From a virus (Duplodnaviria; Caudoviricetes), in IMG/VR virus record IMGVR_UViG_3300011217_000001, positions 166,358 through 230,357 of that record: a stretch of DNA of 64,000 nt; one strand, written 5' to 3'. Under the pieces are notes generated by a model. The model ran no database searches. It worked only from the letters and a program-made list of their open reading frames with translations, and was not told the origin of the DNA. The position numbers and the translations under genes were made by a program. How positions within the stretch are numbered: the first letter of the stretch is position 1; each line of letters begins with the position of its first letter. Below, one piece after another: positions 47,203-57,330 of this stretch.

Positions 47203-48760
47203 CACGGTCACTCTCGGTCCAGCGGCTACGGCCGCCATTTGTGGGTCGGTCGTCATCACGGTCGTCATCGCGACTACCCATGAAGTTCGAACGGAAGTTG
47301 TTGCGGGAGGCCGCGTTGGCATCCACGGTGGAAGTCAACTCGGTCAGCTCCTGTGCCAGCGAGGCCAGTGCTCCGCTGCTACGGGCCAGAACCGGCACGA
47401 AGGCAGCATCGCTGAAGGACGGCACGATGAACTCGTAGTGACGACCGCCCAGCATGGAGATCTTCACCGTCGAGTCGCCGAACACGTTCACGTCCATCTC
47501 GACGTCGTAGTCGATACGACCACGATTGGAGATGTCACGCAGGACTTCATCTTCCAGCCGGTTCAAGAAGACGTTCATCACCTTCTCCGGCACCTGCTTC
47601 ACATGCTTGCTGAACATGCGGGCGCGGGTTGGATGAATCTCCGGACGGTTGTCGCGGGTCCGGTTGGTAGCGATGAACGCAACCTGCGTCAGCGTCAGGT
47701 CCATCATGATCGCCGGCACGGCGTGGGCCAAGATGGTAGCGGCCACGGTCTCGTTCTTGACGTCAGCCCAGTCATCCTGGTCATCGTTGCGGTCGCGCAG
47801 GCGGGTGCTGTCACGATGGATCACCTTGTTGTGGTGAACCTGCGTAACTTCATCGCGCTCCACGTCCGGGTCGATGTCGATCAGTTCCTGGAAGGTGATC
47901 CAGTTGCCGGTCTTCAGACTGGTCTCGCGGTACAGCGGGCCGAGGAACAGATCGTCGGTGACGTAGTTCTCGGCGATGCTGCCACGAGCCGACTCCAGCT
48001 TCTTGTAGCGGTCGGTGTTCTCGTACTGCATGTTCTCGGTGGTCTTGCTGTATGTGGTCAGCAGATCACTGAGGAAGTTGGCCGAGGTCGAGTTCGACCG
48101 GCGGCTCTTGCAGATGCCGTCTGCGAAGGACGTGCGGGTGTCATGCACGACTTCGTTGCTGGAACGACGGTTGCTCTTGAACGCGCCGAAGGTCATCGAT
48201 GCGAACACGTCTTCAGGACGCATGCGAACATCCATGGAACCTTCGTCCTGCCGCAGGCTCGGCTTGTAGATGCCCGACAGGATGTGTGAGTTCTCAAACA
48301 CCGAGGACATGGTGTCACGGCGATTGCTGCTGTGGTCCACCACATCGCGGATGGTCATGACGCTGTTGAGGTACAGCTTCATGTTCGGATCGATGGCAAC
48401 CTCATTGCCACGACGCGTGCGGGGATCAGCGCCCATGTAGTCGGTGTAACCCGAGAACACCTGACGGTGCCCACCGCCGAAGCGGTCTTCATGACTGACT
48501 TCCATGACGAAGCGGTAACGCTTGTTGTGGTAGCCACCGCTGATATCCACCACACCCGCACTGTGTGCCTGCGGGGAGAGGATGCTACCGGCCAGACCGG
48601 CCAGGGCTTCACGACTGAAGTTGGTGCCATCGTCGGTACGCTCGGCGAAACTGATCAGGTCGTGTCCGTCAATTTCGGCGACGTAGGGTCGCGAGTGCAT
48701 CTGCTGGTACGTTCCAGTTTCCCGGAACAGGAGCTGGATGATGCGGGTTCTCTTAGCCAT
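47180..48760 (-). CDS. picA: Phage-nucleus protein importer PicA/Imp1 (phiKZ gp69-like)
   Basis: ETGTYQQMHSRPY, RYRFVMEV, GYTD, MRPEDVF and PSFSDA; lies between gp68 and gp70. Confidence 0.78.
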   Translation of the reverse strand: MAKRTRIIQLLFRETGTYQQMHSRPYVAEIDGHDLISFAERTDDGTNFSREALAGLAGSILSPQAHSAGVVDISGGYHNKRYRFVMEVSHEDRFGGGHRQVFSGYTDYMGADPRTRRGNEVAIDPNMKLYLNSVMTIRDVVDHSSNRRDTMSSVFENSHILSGIYKPSLRQDEGSMDVRMRPEDVFASMTFGAFKSNRRSSNEVVHDTRTSFADGICKSRRSNSTSANFLSDLLTTYSKTTENMQYENTDRYKKLESARGSIAENYVTDDLFLGPLYRETSLKTGNWITFQELIDIDPDVERDEVTQVHHNKVIHRDSTRLRDRNDDQDDWADVKNETVAATILAHAVPAIMMDLTLTQVAFIATNRTRDNRPEIHPTRARMFSKHVKQVPEKVMNVFLNRLEDEVLRDISNRGRIDYDVEMDVNVFGDSTVKISMLGGRHYEFIVPSFSDAAFVPVLARSSGALASLAQELTELTSTVDANAASRNNFRSNFMGSRDDDRDDDRPTNGGRSRWTESDRDDADSVL

Positions 48761-48778
48761 GCTCTTGTCTTTACTCCG

Positions 48779-50320
48779 TTATGCCAAACGTTCAATGATA
48801 AGCTTTGCCAGATGTGCTCTCAGGTCGGCTGGCGCGACCATGCGGTCGTTGGTGATGCGATTGGTCAATTTCACCAGGGCGGGCGGACAGGTCAGGGTCC
48901 ATTCCACACCGAAGATCAGTTCGGCCATCATGTCAATGGCGATGTATGCCATGTTCTTCTTGCGGTCGGTCTGCGGGCGTCCACCACGAGGTGTCACGTA
49001 GTGGGGGTACAGACGCATCAAGTCCTCGGCCAAGTCCTTGGGGACTCGGTTCCGTTGCTCAGGACCAGAGGCCATTGCATCGACAGGAACCTCGAACCGC
49101 TTGGCCGTGATCAGGCCAGCTAGATCGAAGAACTCCCAATGCCACAGCAGCGCCTGGGTGATGCCAGCAGCTACCAGCGTGGTCGGCAGCAAGAGCGGAT
49201 CAATGCTCTTGGACGACACCGCCGGATCCAGCACGTACTTGATCAGCACCAACGAATGCTCGTTGATTGCCGAGTTGTCCTGCTTGCGAGCGTAGCTCAC
49301 GCAGGTCTCCACCATTGCCGGGTCGATCGTGGGGTCCAGTCGCTGTGCAGCTGCGACGTAGTCCTCGACCCAGATGCGATTGGGCGCCATGTCACCCTGG
49401 GAGAGATTGGTGCGCTCCTTGTACTGCTCGTACCTGGAGATGCGCTCCTGTTCGTCACCCATGTCGCTGTCGTTGCGGAACTTGCTGGTGATCGGACCCA
49501 TCAAGCTCTTGTGCTCGTTCTTCAACGAGTTGCGCACGACGTGGTAGATGTTGATCATGATGTTGTTGTCATCACCGTTGACCGGGAACTCCTCGGTGGT
49601 GAGACGACGAATCAGGATCTTGGCCAGTAGCCAGTCAGGACGTTCCGATGGACCGATACCACCGATGATTGCCGAGTCGGAGGGCTTCTCCTGTTCCAGC
49701 GTTGCATCGACGTACTTGATCAACCACTGTACGCCCGGCATGTCCCACAGCTGGCTTCCGCTGATCAACGGCAGGGCCATCATCTCCTTGAACACCGCGC
49801 CATTGATCTTCTCGGTGCGGGAGATGTATTCACCGAACACCGGCATCAGTGCACGAAGCGCCAGTGCGGTGTAGATGAAGTTGCGGTAGTCCGGTCGGAG
49901 GCAGGTGCGATCATGGAATCGCTTGATGCTGCCGTAGCGACCCTCTTCGGTGTAGGTGTCCTGGATGGCGCTGGGGATACCAGCATTGCCACGCAGACTC
50001 ATCCACTTGGAGATGTCTTCCGGCGTCATCACATCGAACAGATCGCGGATGTGTTTCAGCAACAGGTCCAGCAGGCTGTCGTCAAACACCTTGGCGAAGG
50101 TATTGTACATTGCCTGATAGATCTGCCAGATCTGCTCCTGTTTCTCTTCGGGCAGGTGTGCCCAGTAGGCGTTGAGATGTTTGAACAGCGCCGGCCGGTC
50201 CTTGATCTTGGTCCGATCGTGCATGCTCGTGTTCCAGGTCGTCGCTTCATGGTTGCCATGACTCAGAGTGACCTCGATCACTCCACCACTTCCCGACTCT
50301 CTGGAGATTTCAATTTTCAT
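48779..50320 (-). CDS. nvRNAP promoter-specificity (sigma-like) subunit, phiKZ gp68-like
   Basis: LFKHLNAYWAHLPEEKQEQIW and ALRALMPVFGEYI; synteny. Confidence 0.8.
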   Translation of the reverse strand: MKIEISRESGSGGVIEVTLSHGNHEATTWNTSMHDRTKIKDRPALFKHLNAYWAHLPEEKQEQIWQIYQAMYNTFAKVFDDSLLDLLLKHIRDLFDVMTPEDISKWMSLRGNAGIPSAIQDTYTEEGRYGSIKRFHDRTCLRPDYRNFIYTALALRALMPVFGEYISRTEKINGAVFKEMMALPLISGSQLWDMPGVQWLIKYVDATLEQEKPSDSAIIGGIGPSERPDWLLAKILIRRLTTEEFPVNGDDNNIMINIYHVVRNSLKNEHKSLMGPITSKFRNDSDMGDEQERISRYEQYKERTNLSQGDMAPNRIWVEDYVAAAQRLDPTIDPAMVETCVSYARKQDNSAINEHSLVLIKYVLDPAVSSKSIDPLLLPTTLVAAGITQALLWHWEFFDLAGLITAKRFEVPVDAMASGPEQRNRVPKDLAEDLMRLYPHYVTPRGGRPQTDRKKNMAYIAIDMMAELIFGVEWTLTCPPALVKLTNRITNDRMVAPADLRAHLAKLIIERLA

Positions 50321-50358
50321 TGCTGCGTTCCTGTCTTTATTTGTAGGGCGCCATATGG

Positions 50359-50382
50359 GTAATGTATGGCTGAACTTTTTTT
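50359..50382 (-). promoter_or_regulatory. Putative early promoter for the gp68-70 operon
   Basis: AAAAAAGTTCAGCCATACATTAC; TACATTAC is close to the phiKZ TATATTAC box. Confidence 0.55.
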
Positions 50383-50459
50383 CAGTTGACAGGGAGTGAC
50401 TGGGTACGGGAGCACACGCTCCCGTACCCATATGTCGTTTTGTCTACGGCATCCGGCCG

Positions 50460-51221
50460 TTAGAAGCTGTCGGGCAGGTCGTCGCCGCCGAAGCCGGCGT
50501 CGAAGCCACCGCCGCCACCGGCACCGCCGTTGGACTGGAAGCCACCACCGCCACCACCGCCGTAGCCACCACCGCCACCCTGGCCGCCACGGTTGCCGCC
50601 GTTGTAACCGCCACCACCACCGCCATTGAAGCCGCCTTCACGCGGAGCCGGCGGGACGTACTGCGTGGTCAGCAGGCCACCGACGAACTGCAGCAACATT
50701 TCGGCGTACTGGCCGGCGTACATCAGGCTGGTTTCTTCCTTGCTCAGCGGCGTGCCGTCGGCGTAGGTCAGGAAGTGGTTTTCGCTCGGGCCGAAGTAGA
50801 ACTTCACGTTGGCCTGGTCACGCGCCACCAGACCGATGTAGCAGGAGCCGTCGGCTTCCTTGCCCAGGATGGTCTTGGAGACGGTGTTCTGCTTGCCGTT
50901 GAAGAAGCGGTTGTTGCCCATCACCAGCTGCTTGCCCGGCTCCATCTTTTCCAGGCGCTTGAACATGCCCAGGAAGCCACCGAAGAAGTCGCGGGTGTTC
51001 AGCTGCGCCGAGATCAGACCATCGTCCTTGGCGCCCGGCACGTTGGTGCGGACCTGGATGACGGCCTTGGTGCCGCTCTTGGTGTTGCTCAGGCGCCAGT
51101 TCAGCGCCGGCGGCTTCTTCGCACCCTGCTGGGGTTCGCCGATCATGCGCAGATCCCAGTCGTTCAGGATGTTCGGCGCCACCTTCGGCTGGTTGCTCTG
51201 GTTGTTGTTTCCGTAAGCCAT
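50460..51221 (-). CDS. chmC: ChmC-like nucleic-acid-binding protein (phiKZ gp67-like) with a Gly-rich tail
   Basis: Immediately upstream of gp68; C-tail GGFNGGGGGGYNGGNRGG...DDLPDSF. Confidence 0.72.
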   Translation of the reverse strand: MAYGNNNQSNQPKVAPNILNDWDLRMIGEPQQGAKKPPALNWRLSNTKSGTKAVIQVRTNVPGAKDDGLISAQLNTRDFFGGFLGMFKRLEKMEPGKQLVMGNNRFFNGKQNTVSKTILGKEADGSCYIGLVARDQANVKFYFGPSENHFLTYADGTPLSKEETSLMYAGQYAEMLLQFVGGLLTTQYVPPAPREGGFNGGGGGGYNGGNRGGQGGGGGYGGGGGGGFQSNGGAGGGGGFDAGFGGDDLPDSF

Positions 51222-51278
51222 TTGTCAGTAATTCCCGTGCGGTGCGTTGTACATTCTATCTGCTACCCCCGTCAGTTA

Positions 51279-52121
51279 TTACAGCAGGGAAAGTAGCTGA
51301 CCTTTGATGAGCGGATCCTTGTACCGTCTGATGGAATCGACCACCAGTTCTGAAGTTGAAACAGACGTCCAGTTACGCTCGTCTGCCAGCTCCAGGATCG
51401 CCTTCTTCCACGGGTTGGGACCGGAGAGGAAGTGATTGCTGCCATCGCCGAAGACTTGCAGTGTCAGGCGGTTGAAAGGAACGTTGGTCAGCTCCTTGCT
51501 TCCGCCCAGCTTGGTGTACCACTGCGAGAACGGCTTGATCTTGCCGGTATGCGACTCCAGCAGATCAACGCGTTTGAAACTATACCGGGAGAGCAGGTCC
51601 ACCGGATAATGGGTGAGCATGAAGCTCTCAGGCAGGTTGCTGGGGAAGTCGGTGTCCATGTGCAGGATCGACACGGTCCGTACTTCTTTGGCAATCTGCT
51701 TGGTGACCGCCTCTTCGATTGCAAACAGCGCAATCTGCCGAGGGGTCGTCGGTTTCCAGAGCTTGGCGAACCGGAACTTCTTGTTCAGGCTAATGTACGA
51801 CGGCGCGTAGAACACCACGCTGTTGTTGGCATTGCCTTGGCGCGAGATGGCTGCCGAGATGATTTCCATCTCCTCGGCAACGATGTCAAAGACAGGTGCA
51901 GCTGTCACCAAGTCCTTGCCATCCGCATCCAGGCCGTTGATCACGTTTCGGATCATCGTGCGCACGTTGATGTACACACGCCTCACCGAGTGGATAGGCG
52001 GGGGGCTGACCGGATTGTCCGGGTAGATCCCGAAGGCTCCTTCCAGTGCAAGGGAGGTTCCGATCGAAATCGGAATCTGCCCCAGTTCCCGCGCTTCCAG
52101 CTTACGTTGGATGATGTTCAT
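51279..52121 (-). CDS. phiKZ gp66-like conserved protein (PIN/flap-nuclease-like fold suspected)
   Basis: PISIGTSLALE, YINVRTMIRN, LTHYPVDLL, LLESHTG and QVFGD. Confidence 0.7.
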   Translation of the reverse strand: MNIIQRKLEARELGQIPISIGTSLALEGAFGIYPDNPVSPPPIHSVRRVYINVRTMIRNVINGLDADGKDLVTAAPVFDIVAEEMEIISAAISRQGNANNSVVFYAPSYISLNKKFRFAKLWKPTTPRQIALFAIEEAVTKQIAKEVRTVSILHMDTDFPSNLPESFMLTHYPVDLLSRYSFKRVDLLESHTGKIKPFSQWYTKLGGSKELTNVPFNRLTLQVFGDGSNHFLSGPNPWKKAILELADERNWTSVSTSELVVDSIRRYKDPLIKGQLLSLL

Positions 52122-52131
52122 TCACCTGGGC

Positions 52132-53256
52132 CTATTCGGCAGGAGTGTCAGCTGACTGCACTGCCTCCTGTGCTTCTTTCTCTGTCCGGAGCTTTTCAAA
52201 CACCGGTGCGTAGATACGCTGCAGACGCAGCAGCTCGGCCTTGTCGACCATGCAGTTCTTCCAGTACCGGCTACCCTGGCTATGACCGTCGGCCATCTCG
52301 TACATCAGCTGGAACCCTTCGTGGACGTACTTGCCCTCGATGGACTTCATCTGGAGATGCGCCTTGAAGCGCTGGTTCTGATCCTGGTGTTCGAAGGTGA
52401 AGAAGATCGTGCACTCCTCCGACTCCAGGCTGTGGTGACTGGGAGTGGTCGCAGTGTAGTACGTGCCGTCCTTCATGGACCGCTCGAACATGACGCTGCG
52501 CTCGTGGTACTCGGCCGGCTTCGGGTTGGCGCGCACCAGATCGGCATGGCTAGCGAACCACTGACCCAGTTCGTCAATCATGATCGGGTCGCCGAGCTTG
52601 GCAGCTGCCAAGTCCATCAGCGCTCTTTCCAGCGGATCTTCGACGGCCTTCTTGATCCAGTCCTTCGAGAACACCGCTGGGTTGCTGTGCATCACATCTT
52701 CGTTGCGATGCTTCACGAAGGTCTTGGCGTCGAAGCTGACCATGTTGCCCATGGGGGAGAGGTTGAGCTTGGCTGAGGTGTTGTCATCGACAAACTCCAG
52801 CGTCATCTCGATGCTCTTGTCAGTTGCGCGGTAGAAGCCGGTGTTCTTGTCCTTGGCCTTGATGGTGAAGGTCCAACGACCATCCGGATCACGGACAACG
52901 ATCGGCGCTTCCACCTGATGCAGGAAGTCGGAGGCAATCGTGACGTTGCCGCCGATGAACCGACGCAGGTTGAGGGAGAGCCTACCGTCCCATGCGGTAT
53001 CGCGGTCGTTGAGGTAGTTCACCACGATCGGCAGGTTGGGGATAATCACCCCCGTGTCCCGCAACATCTTGATGGTATCGGCCATCTCACACTCACCTGC
53101 CAACTTGAGGTTGTAGATGAGCGAATGCAGGGAAGCTCCGTAACCGGTGGGGATCGGAGCATGGGGCAGAGCGGTCTTGACAGCTTGTGCCAGGCTCTCA
53201 AACTGGGCACTCAGTTGGTTCAATGCGACGCTTACAGCACTCTCAAACTTGCTCAC
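52132..53256 (-). CDS. Hypothetical protein inserted between the gp65-like and gp66-like genes
   Basis: GTG start with an AAAGGAG SD; no recognised motif. Confidence 0.7.
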   Translation of the reverse strand: MSKFESAVSVALNQLSAQFESLAQAVKTALPHAPIPTGYGASLHSLIYNLKLAGECEMADTIKMLRDTGVIIPNLPIVVNYLNDRDTAWDGRLSLNLRRFIGGNVTIASDFLHQVEAPIVVRDPDGRWTFTIKAKDKNTGFYRATDKSIEMTLEFVDDNTSAKLNLSPMGNMVSFDAKTFVKHRNEDVMHSNPAVFSKDWIKKAVEDPLERALMDLAAAKLGDPIMIDELGQWFASHADLVRANPKPAEYHERSVMFERSMKDGTYYTATTPSHHSLESEECTIFFTFEHQDQNQRFKAHLQMKSIEGKYVHEGFQLMYEMADGHSQGSRYWKNCMVDKAELLRLQRIYAPVFEKLRTEKEAQEAVQSADTPAE

Positions 53257-53268
53257 AGAACTCTCCTT

Positions 53269-54417
53269 TTAGAGAAGCTCATCAATGATGGAACTGCATA
53301 CACCTGCTAACTGGGCCCCTTCGCCCAGTCGAGCCTCGATACGAGGCATGAGTAGTTGTTTTAGGTTGTCAGGTGTGACGGTGATTTCTTCGAATCGATT
53401 TCGCGTATCAGTGAAAAGCGTGCTTTCAGTGACTTTCTCTTTGTTGACCTTGGGGTCATCGAAGACGAGCAGGGGGAACTCTCGACGGATCTCTTTCAGG
53501 CCGAGGATGGCCGGATCGTGGCGATTGCCCTGAAGCCTGACGTAGGAGCCATTGGGTAGCATCCCGAGATCGACCAACGCATTGATCTTCTCGAACACTT
53601 CCGTGGCCATCAGGTTGGAGCAATCAACCGTCTTGTATATCATTGCCTTGTGGTTGACTACGAAGGTGATCTTATCGTTTCCGTCGTATCCAATCTCGGC
53701 CATGACAAAGCCCTTGTCACCTTCTTCACCTTGGGCGAGGCGATCAAAGGAACCGGGTGCAACGATGTTCTTGTACCTGGAAGGCTTGTGGACATGGTTG
53801 ATGAAGATGTAGTGTTTCACGATCTCCGAGTAACGATCCGGGTTATGCATACCGCCTTCACCGTGGATCGCCACCACCTCCGGCAGCTGATGCGTGAACG
53901 CACCATGCATGCAGGCAAAGTCCACCTGCTTCAGTCCGTTGTCACGGAGCAGCTGCTGCACTTCCAACCACGTCCCATCAATGCCCGCAGGCCAGTTGTC
54001 CGGGATGAACAACACATTGATGTCCAGCTTCTCGATGTACTCGATGCACACCGTGTTCTGGTACTTGAAGTCCAGCTTCAGCTGGTTGGCTTCAAGCAGG
54101 GTGGTGAACATGGTGTTCTGCTTGGCGTCGTGGGAATCGGTTCCTTCCAGTACGCGCAGTACGACATCGCAGTCGGCACACACGCGCAGTAGATAGTCAG
54201 CCCACAGCTGGATCTCTGTCACCGCCGGGTTAGGGAAGTACAGGATCTTGTCAAACAGATCGCCATTGATGCATAGCAGGTCCACATCGGCCAGGGTCTC
54301 GTGATTGAAGTGCTCACGCAGATTGGCCAGGATGTGGGTGGTTGGGGTCTTGGCGTGACCGGTGTGGATATCACCGATCTGCGCCGTCTTCAGGTACTTA
54401 GAACTCTTCGAACGCAT
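53269..54417 (-). CDS. sbcD: SbcD/Mre11-like metallophosphoesterase nuclease (phiKZ gp65-like)
   Basis: GDIH, GDLFD, LEGTDSHD, MHGAF, NHVH and PGSFDRL. Confidence 0.85.
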   Translation of the reverse strand: MRSKSSKYLKTAQIGDIHTGHAKTPTTHILANLREHFNHETLADVDLLCINGDLFDKILYFPNPAVTEIQLWADYLLRVCADCDVVLRVLEGTDSHDAKQNTMFTTLLEANQLKLDFKYQNTVCIEYIEKLDINVLFIPDNWPAGIDGTWLEVQQLLRDNGLKQVDFACMHGAFTHQLPEVVAIHGEGGMHNPDRYSEIVKHYIFINHVHKPSRYKNIVAPGSFDRLAQGEEGDKGFVMAEIGYDGNDKITFVVNHKAMIYKTVDCSNLMATEVFEKINALVDLGMLPNGSYVRLQGNRHDPAILGLKEIRREFPLLVFDDPKVNKEKVTESTLFTDTRNRFEEITVTPDNLKQLLMPRIEARLGEGAQLAGVCSSIIDELL

Positions 54418-54997
54418 CGGGAGGCCTGATGTTGGTCTGGCGCGGACCGGAGTCTTCGCCTGCCGCCTTCTCGTCGCCGTCGTCCTCGAACAGAGGCTTC
54501 AGGCCGTAACGGCGGAAGATGCCGTCCATGACGACAGCGGTGTCGTAGTTCACGCCCGGATCGAACACACGCGCAGCCAGCATCTGCTCGGAAGCTTGAC
54601 GGGCCGCGTAGGGGCTCTTGATGCGGATCGCTTCGGTGCGACGGAAGATCTCCAGGAAGGAGGCGTCGTTGGTGATGGCGTAATGCGTGGCGCGCATCGA
54701 CATCAGCGCCGGCAACTGGAACAGCAGCTGTCCGGTATTGTCCACCACGTTGATCGGACGGTTCGGGCTGCCTGCGACATGCACCCACGGCTCCAGGTTG
54801 ATCTCTTCTTCCGTGGAGGCCAGCAGCGGCAGGATGGTGCCCTTGAACGCATGCTCGGTGATGGTCGGCACGTCGGCCGCATTCATTTCGAGGATGTTCT
54901 TCAGCGCCTTCACGAACGGCGCAGCCTGACGCTCAGTCAGGATCTGATCGATCGAACGGGGATCGCTCGACTCGTTGTCTTTGTTGGACATGTTCAT
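54398..54997 (-). CDS. phiKZ gp64-like conserved protein
   Basis: ITEHAFKGTILPLL and WVHVAGSPNRPINVVD...LFQLPAL. Confidence 0.65.
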   Translation of the reverse strand: MNMSNKDNESSDPRSIDQILTERQAAPFVKALKNILEMNAADVPTITEHAFKGTILPLLASTEEEINLEPWVHVAGSPNRPINVVDNTGQLLFQLPALMSMRATHYAITNDASFLEIFRRTEAIRIKSPYAARQASEQMLAARVFDPGVNYDTAVVMDGIFRRYGLKPLFEDDGDEKAAGEDSGPRQTNIRPPDAFEEF

Positions 54998-55049
54998 TGC
55001 CTTGTAAAACCCGGCTACTTAATTCACCGGGTTAGTGGTTACGGCCGGA

Positions 55050-56108
55050 TCAGTGCTGGTGATCGTGCTCGTGATCGTGATCGTGCGCTTCGGCAGCCGG
55101 TGCTTCTTCTTCCGGGACGTCGATCACGATGTTGGCCCAGCGGCGCTTGCCGTCGTTCAGACCGCGAACTTCCAGCTGCTCGCAGACCATTTCCAGCGCG
55201 AACTTCGGGATGTCCTTGGAGACGTCGACCCACTCGCCGTCGACGCGGTTCTTGATCTCGAACTTGTTCGGGCTGACCGGATCGTTCGGCGGGCACAGGG
55301 TGACCAGGACCGAGCGGTCGTTGATCTTCTGCTCGGAGAACTCGACCGAAGTGCGGGCCTTGTTCACGCGGTAGTTGTGGCGGTTGACGATGGTGGTCTG
55401 CACGTTCTTGGACGCCGAGGTCAGCAGATCGTGCAGGGCGCCGAAGGACAAGTAGCCGGCGTCGTCGCGCAGGTCGGAGATGGCGGTGCGCAGTTCGGCG
55501 ATCTGGCTGGCGGTGCCTTCGATCATCTGCTTCAGCGGCTCGGCCAGGCGGGCGGCCAGCTGGCGGTTCTGCTGTTCCAGGTGCTGGACCTTGCGGTTGC
55601 TCTGCTGCAGCTGGTCGTACAGGCGGATCAGCAGTTCGCCGACCTGCTTGTCAGCGACGGTGGCGGCGACGTTGACGAAGTCGTTGGCGTCCATCGCGGC
55701 CGGGTCAGCCGACTCCACGCCAGCTTCGATGTGCGGCGGCAGTTCTTCCAGGGTGTTCAGCTCCAGGGCGGCTTCAGCGCCCTCGAAGCGGTCGGTACGG
55801 TTGCTGTACTGGACACCGATCATGTCGCCCAGGGTGCGCAGGGTCGACGGGCTGTGCATGACCAGCTCGTTGGCGATGGCCGATTCGTTGGCCGGCGTGG
55901 CCACGTTCAGCATCTGCACCAGCTCGTCGCGGAAGGCACCGATGGCCAGCGCAGCTTCGGGGTTCTGCAGGATGGTGATGATCTGGCTGGTAGCCTTGCC
56001 GAGGTCGCCGACAGGATCGTTCTCGAAGTCGGTCATCGCCTGGATCAGCTTGTCCAGTTCTGCGGCAACACGCGGGTCGTTCTTCGGCAAGAAGGCGGTC
56101 TGGGTCAT
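55050..56108 (-). CDS. Acidic coiled-coil protein with a His-rich C-terminus
   Basis: Strong codon bias; ends AHDHDHEHDHQH. Confidence 0.75.
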   Translation of the reverse strand: MTQTAFLPKNDPRVAAELDKLIQAMTDFENDPVGDLGKATSQIITILQNPEAALAIGAFRDELVQMLNVATPANESAIANELVMHSPSTLRTLGDMIGVQYSNRTDRFEGAEAALELNTLEELPPHIEAGVESADPAAMDANDFVNVAATVADKQVGELLIRLYDQLQQSNRKVQHLEQQNRQLAARLAEPLKQMIEGTASQIAELRTAISDLRDDAGYLSFGALHDLLTSASKNVQTTIVNRHNYRVNKARTSVEFSEQKINDRSVLVTLCPPNDPVSPNKFEIKNRVDGEWVDVSKDIPKFALEMVCEQLEVRGLNDGKRRWANIVIDVPEEEAPAAEAHDHDHEHDHQH

Positions 56109-56144
56109 TTCTAATTGTGCCTGTATGGAAAGAAAAAAATAAGG

Positions 56145-56540
56145 TCAGTTGTTGAGCTTCATGATGCGCAACACTGCACCTTGGTAGGTACTGATTTCAT
56201 GCCCAACACAGTAGGCGTAGCCGTTACGAGTAACGGTTGCGGTGATAACCACATGCAGTCGGTTCTCATCGCCCACCACTTTCTCGCTGGTGTCCACTTC
56301 GACCTGTGCGCCATCGAAGTAGTGTGACAGGTGCTGCTGGAGCCTGTCCTCGATTTGTCGCTTCAGCGCTGACTCATCGCTGGCGAAGGCCTGAACGATC
56401 CAGGGGAAGGACTGGACGTTGCCGAGGAACATGGTGCTCTGTGAATACTCGCAGACCAGGAAGTGAGCCACTGCCATGTCGGCAGTTTCCTGAATGCTTC
56501 GTGCAGGGCCTTTGGAAGACAACGTGAAGATGGCGGTCAT
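56145..56540 (-). CDS. phiKZ gp62-like conserved protein (gp25-like fold suspected)
   Basis: EYSQSTMFLGNVQSFPWIV...LQQHLSHYFD. Confidence 0.65.
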   Translation of the reverse strand: MTAIFTLSSKGPARSIQETADMAVAHFLVCEYSQSTMFLGNVQSFPWIVQAFASDESALKRQIEDRLQQHLSHYFDGAQVEVDTSEKVVGDENRLHVVITATVTRNGYAYCVGHEISTYQGAVLRIMKLNN

Positions 56541-56594
56541 TGCGAGCTCCGTTGAAATGCTGCCGCCCCAATATGGGGCGGCCTATACCATTTC

Positions 56595-57218
56595 TTACAG
56601 CTCGTCGTCGAAACGACTGCCGGGGTCATTCTTGCCCAGCTTGGCGTAGTGCGCCATCAGGTGCCAGGACTCGGTGATGTCAACCTGCTCGTCCACCAAC
56701 AGGCGGTCGTTCTCATCGTGCAGGTCTTCATCGTAGGTCGTGGCTTCCCAATCGCAATTTTCATCATCCAGTTCCACCACCATGCCAGTCATGACACGAC
56801 GATAGTCGTAGTGATCTTCGCCAATCTTGCCGGGTTCGAGGTTCTCGTAGCTTTCGCCATAACCAGCTGCGCGGCCCTCGTTGAACAACTTGCGATAGGT
56901 CGGCTCTGCCATCAGCCAGCGCTGCATGCGCGGCTTGGCAGTCTGTAGACCCTTCAGATCGACGATGCGCTTGACTTCATCGCTGATCCAGATGCTCTCC
57001 ACCACACGTGCCGCAGCACGAGCATAGCGAACCGCATCGGAATTGTAGAACCGGTCATGCAAAGCCCTGGCCCGTTCCAAGAACTCTGAACCAGCTCTCT
57101 GGAGACCGGAGGATGCTCGCTCCAGGCGATCGGAGAAGTAAGACTGCAGACCACGGTCTTGCTCACCGTAGAACATGTAGTCGAACGACTCGTCATCCCC
57201 TTCGAAAAATCTGGCCAT
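56595..57218 (-). CDS. phiKZ gp59-like conserved protein (Imp3-like by synteny)
   Basis: LQTAKPRMQRWLMAEP and GEDHYDYRRVMTG; AGAGGAG SD. Confidence 0.65.
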   Translation of the reverse strand: MARFFEGDDESFDYMFYGEQDRGLQSYFSDRLERASSGLQRAGSEFLERARALHDRFYNSDAVRYARAAARVVESIWISDEVKRIVDLKGLQTAKPRMQRWLMAEPTYRKLFNEGRAAGYGESYENLEPGKIGEDHYDYRRVMTGMVVELDDENCDWEATTYDEDLHDENDRLLVDEQVDITESWHLMAHYAKLGKNDPGSRFDDEL

Positions 57219-57330
57219 TACTGCTCCTCTAATGATTGCATATGGTAGGTTGTCGGCGTACTTTTTTAGTCCATGTCAATAGAATCTATGGGATTTACGG
57301 CATAGAGGAGGGCCGTAGCCCTCCTCAGGT

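Noticed and set aside
50460-50640. (CCA/CCG)n microsatellite-like tract
   Set aside because: It is the Gly-rich coding tail of the ChmC-like protein.
50460-51221. Canonical bacterial SSB call (Gly-rich linker plus DDLPDSF tail)
   Set aside because: No recognisable SSB OB-fold sequence, and the position upstream of gp68 fits ChmC better. SSB-like function is not excluded.
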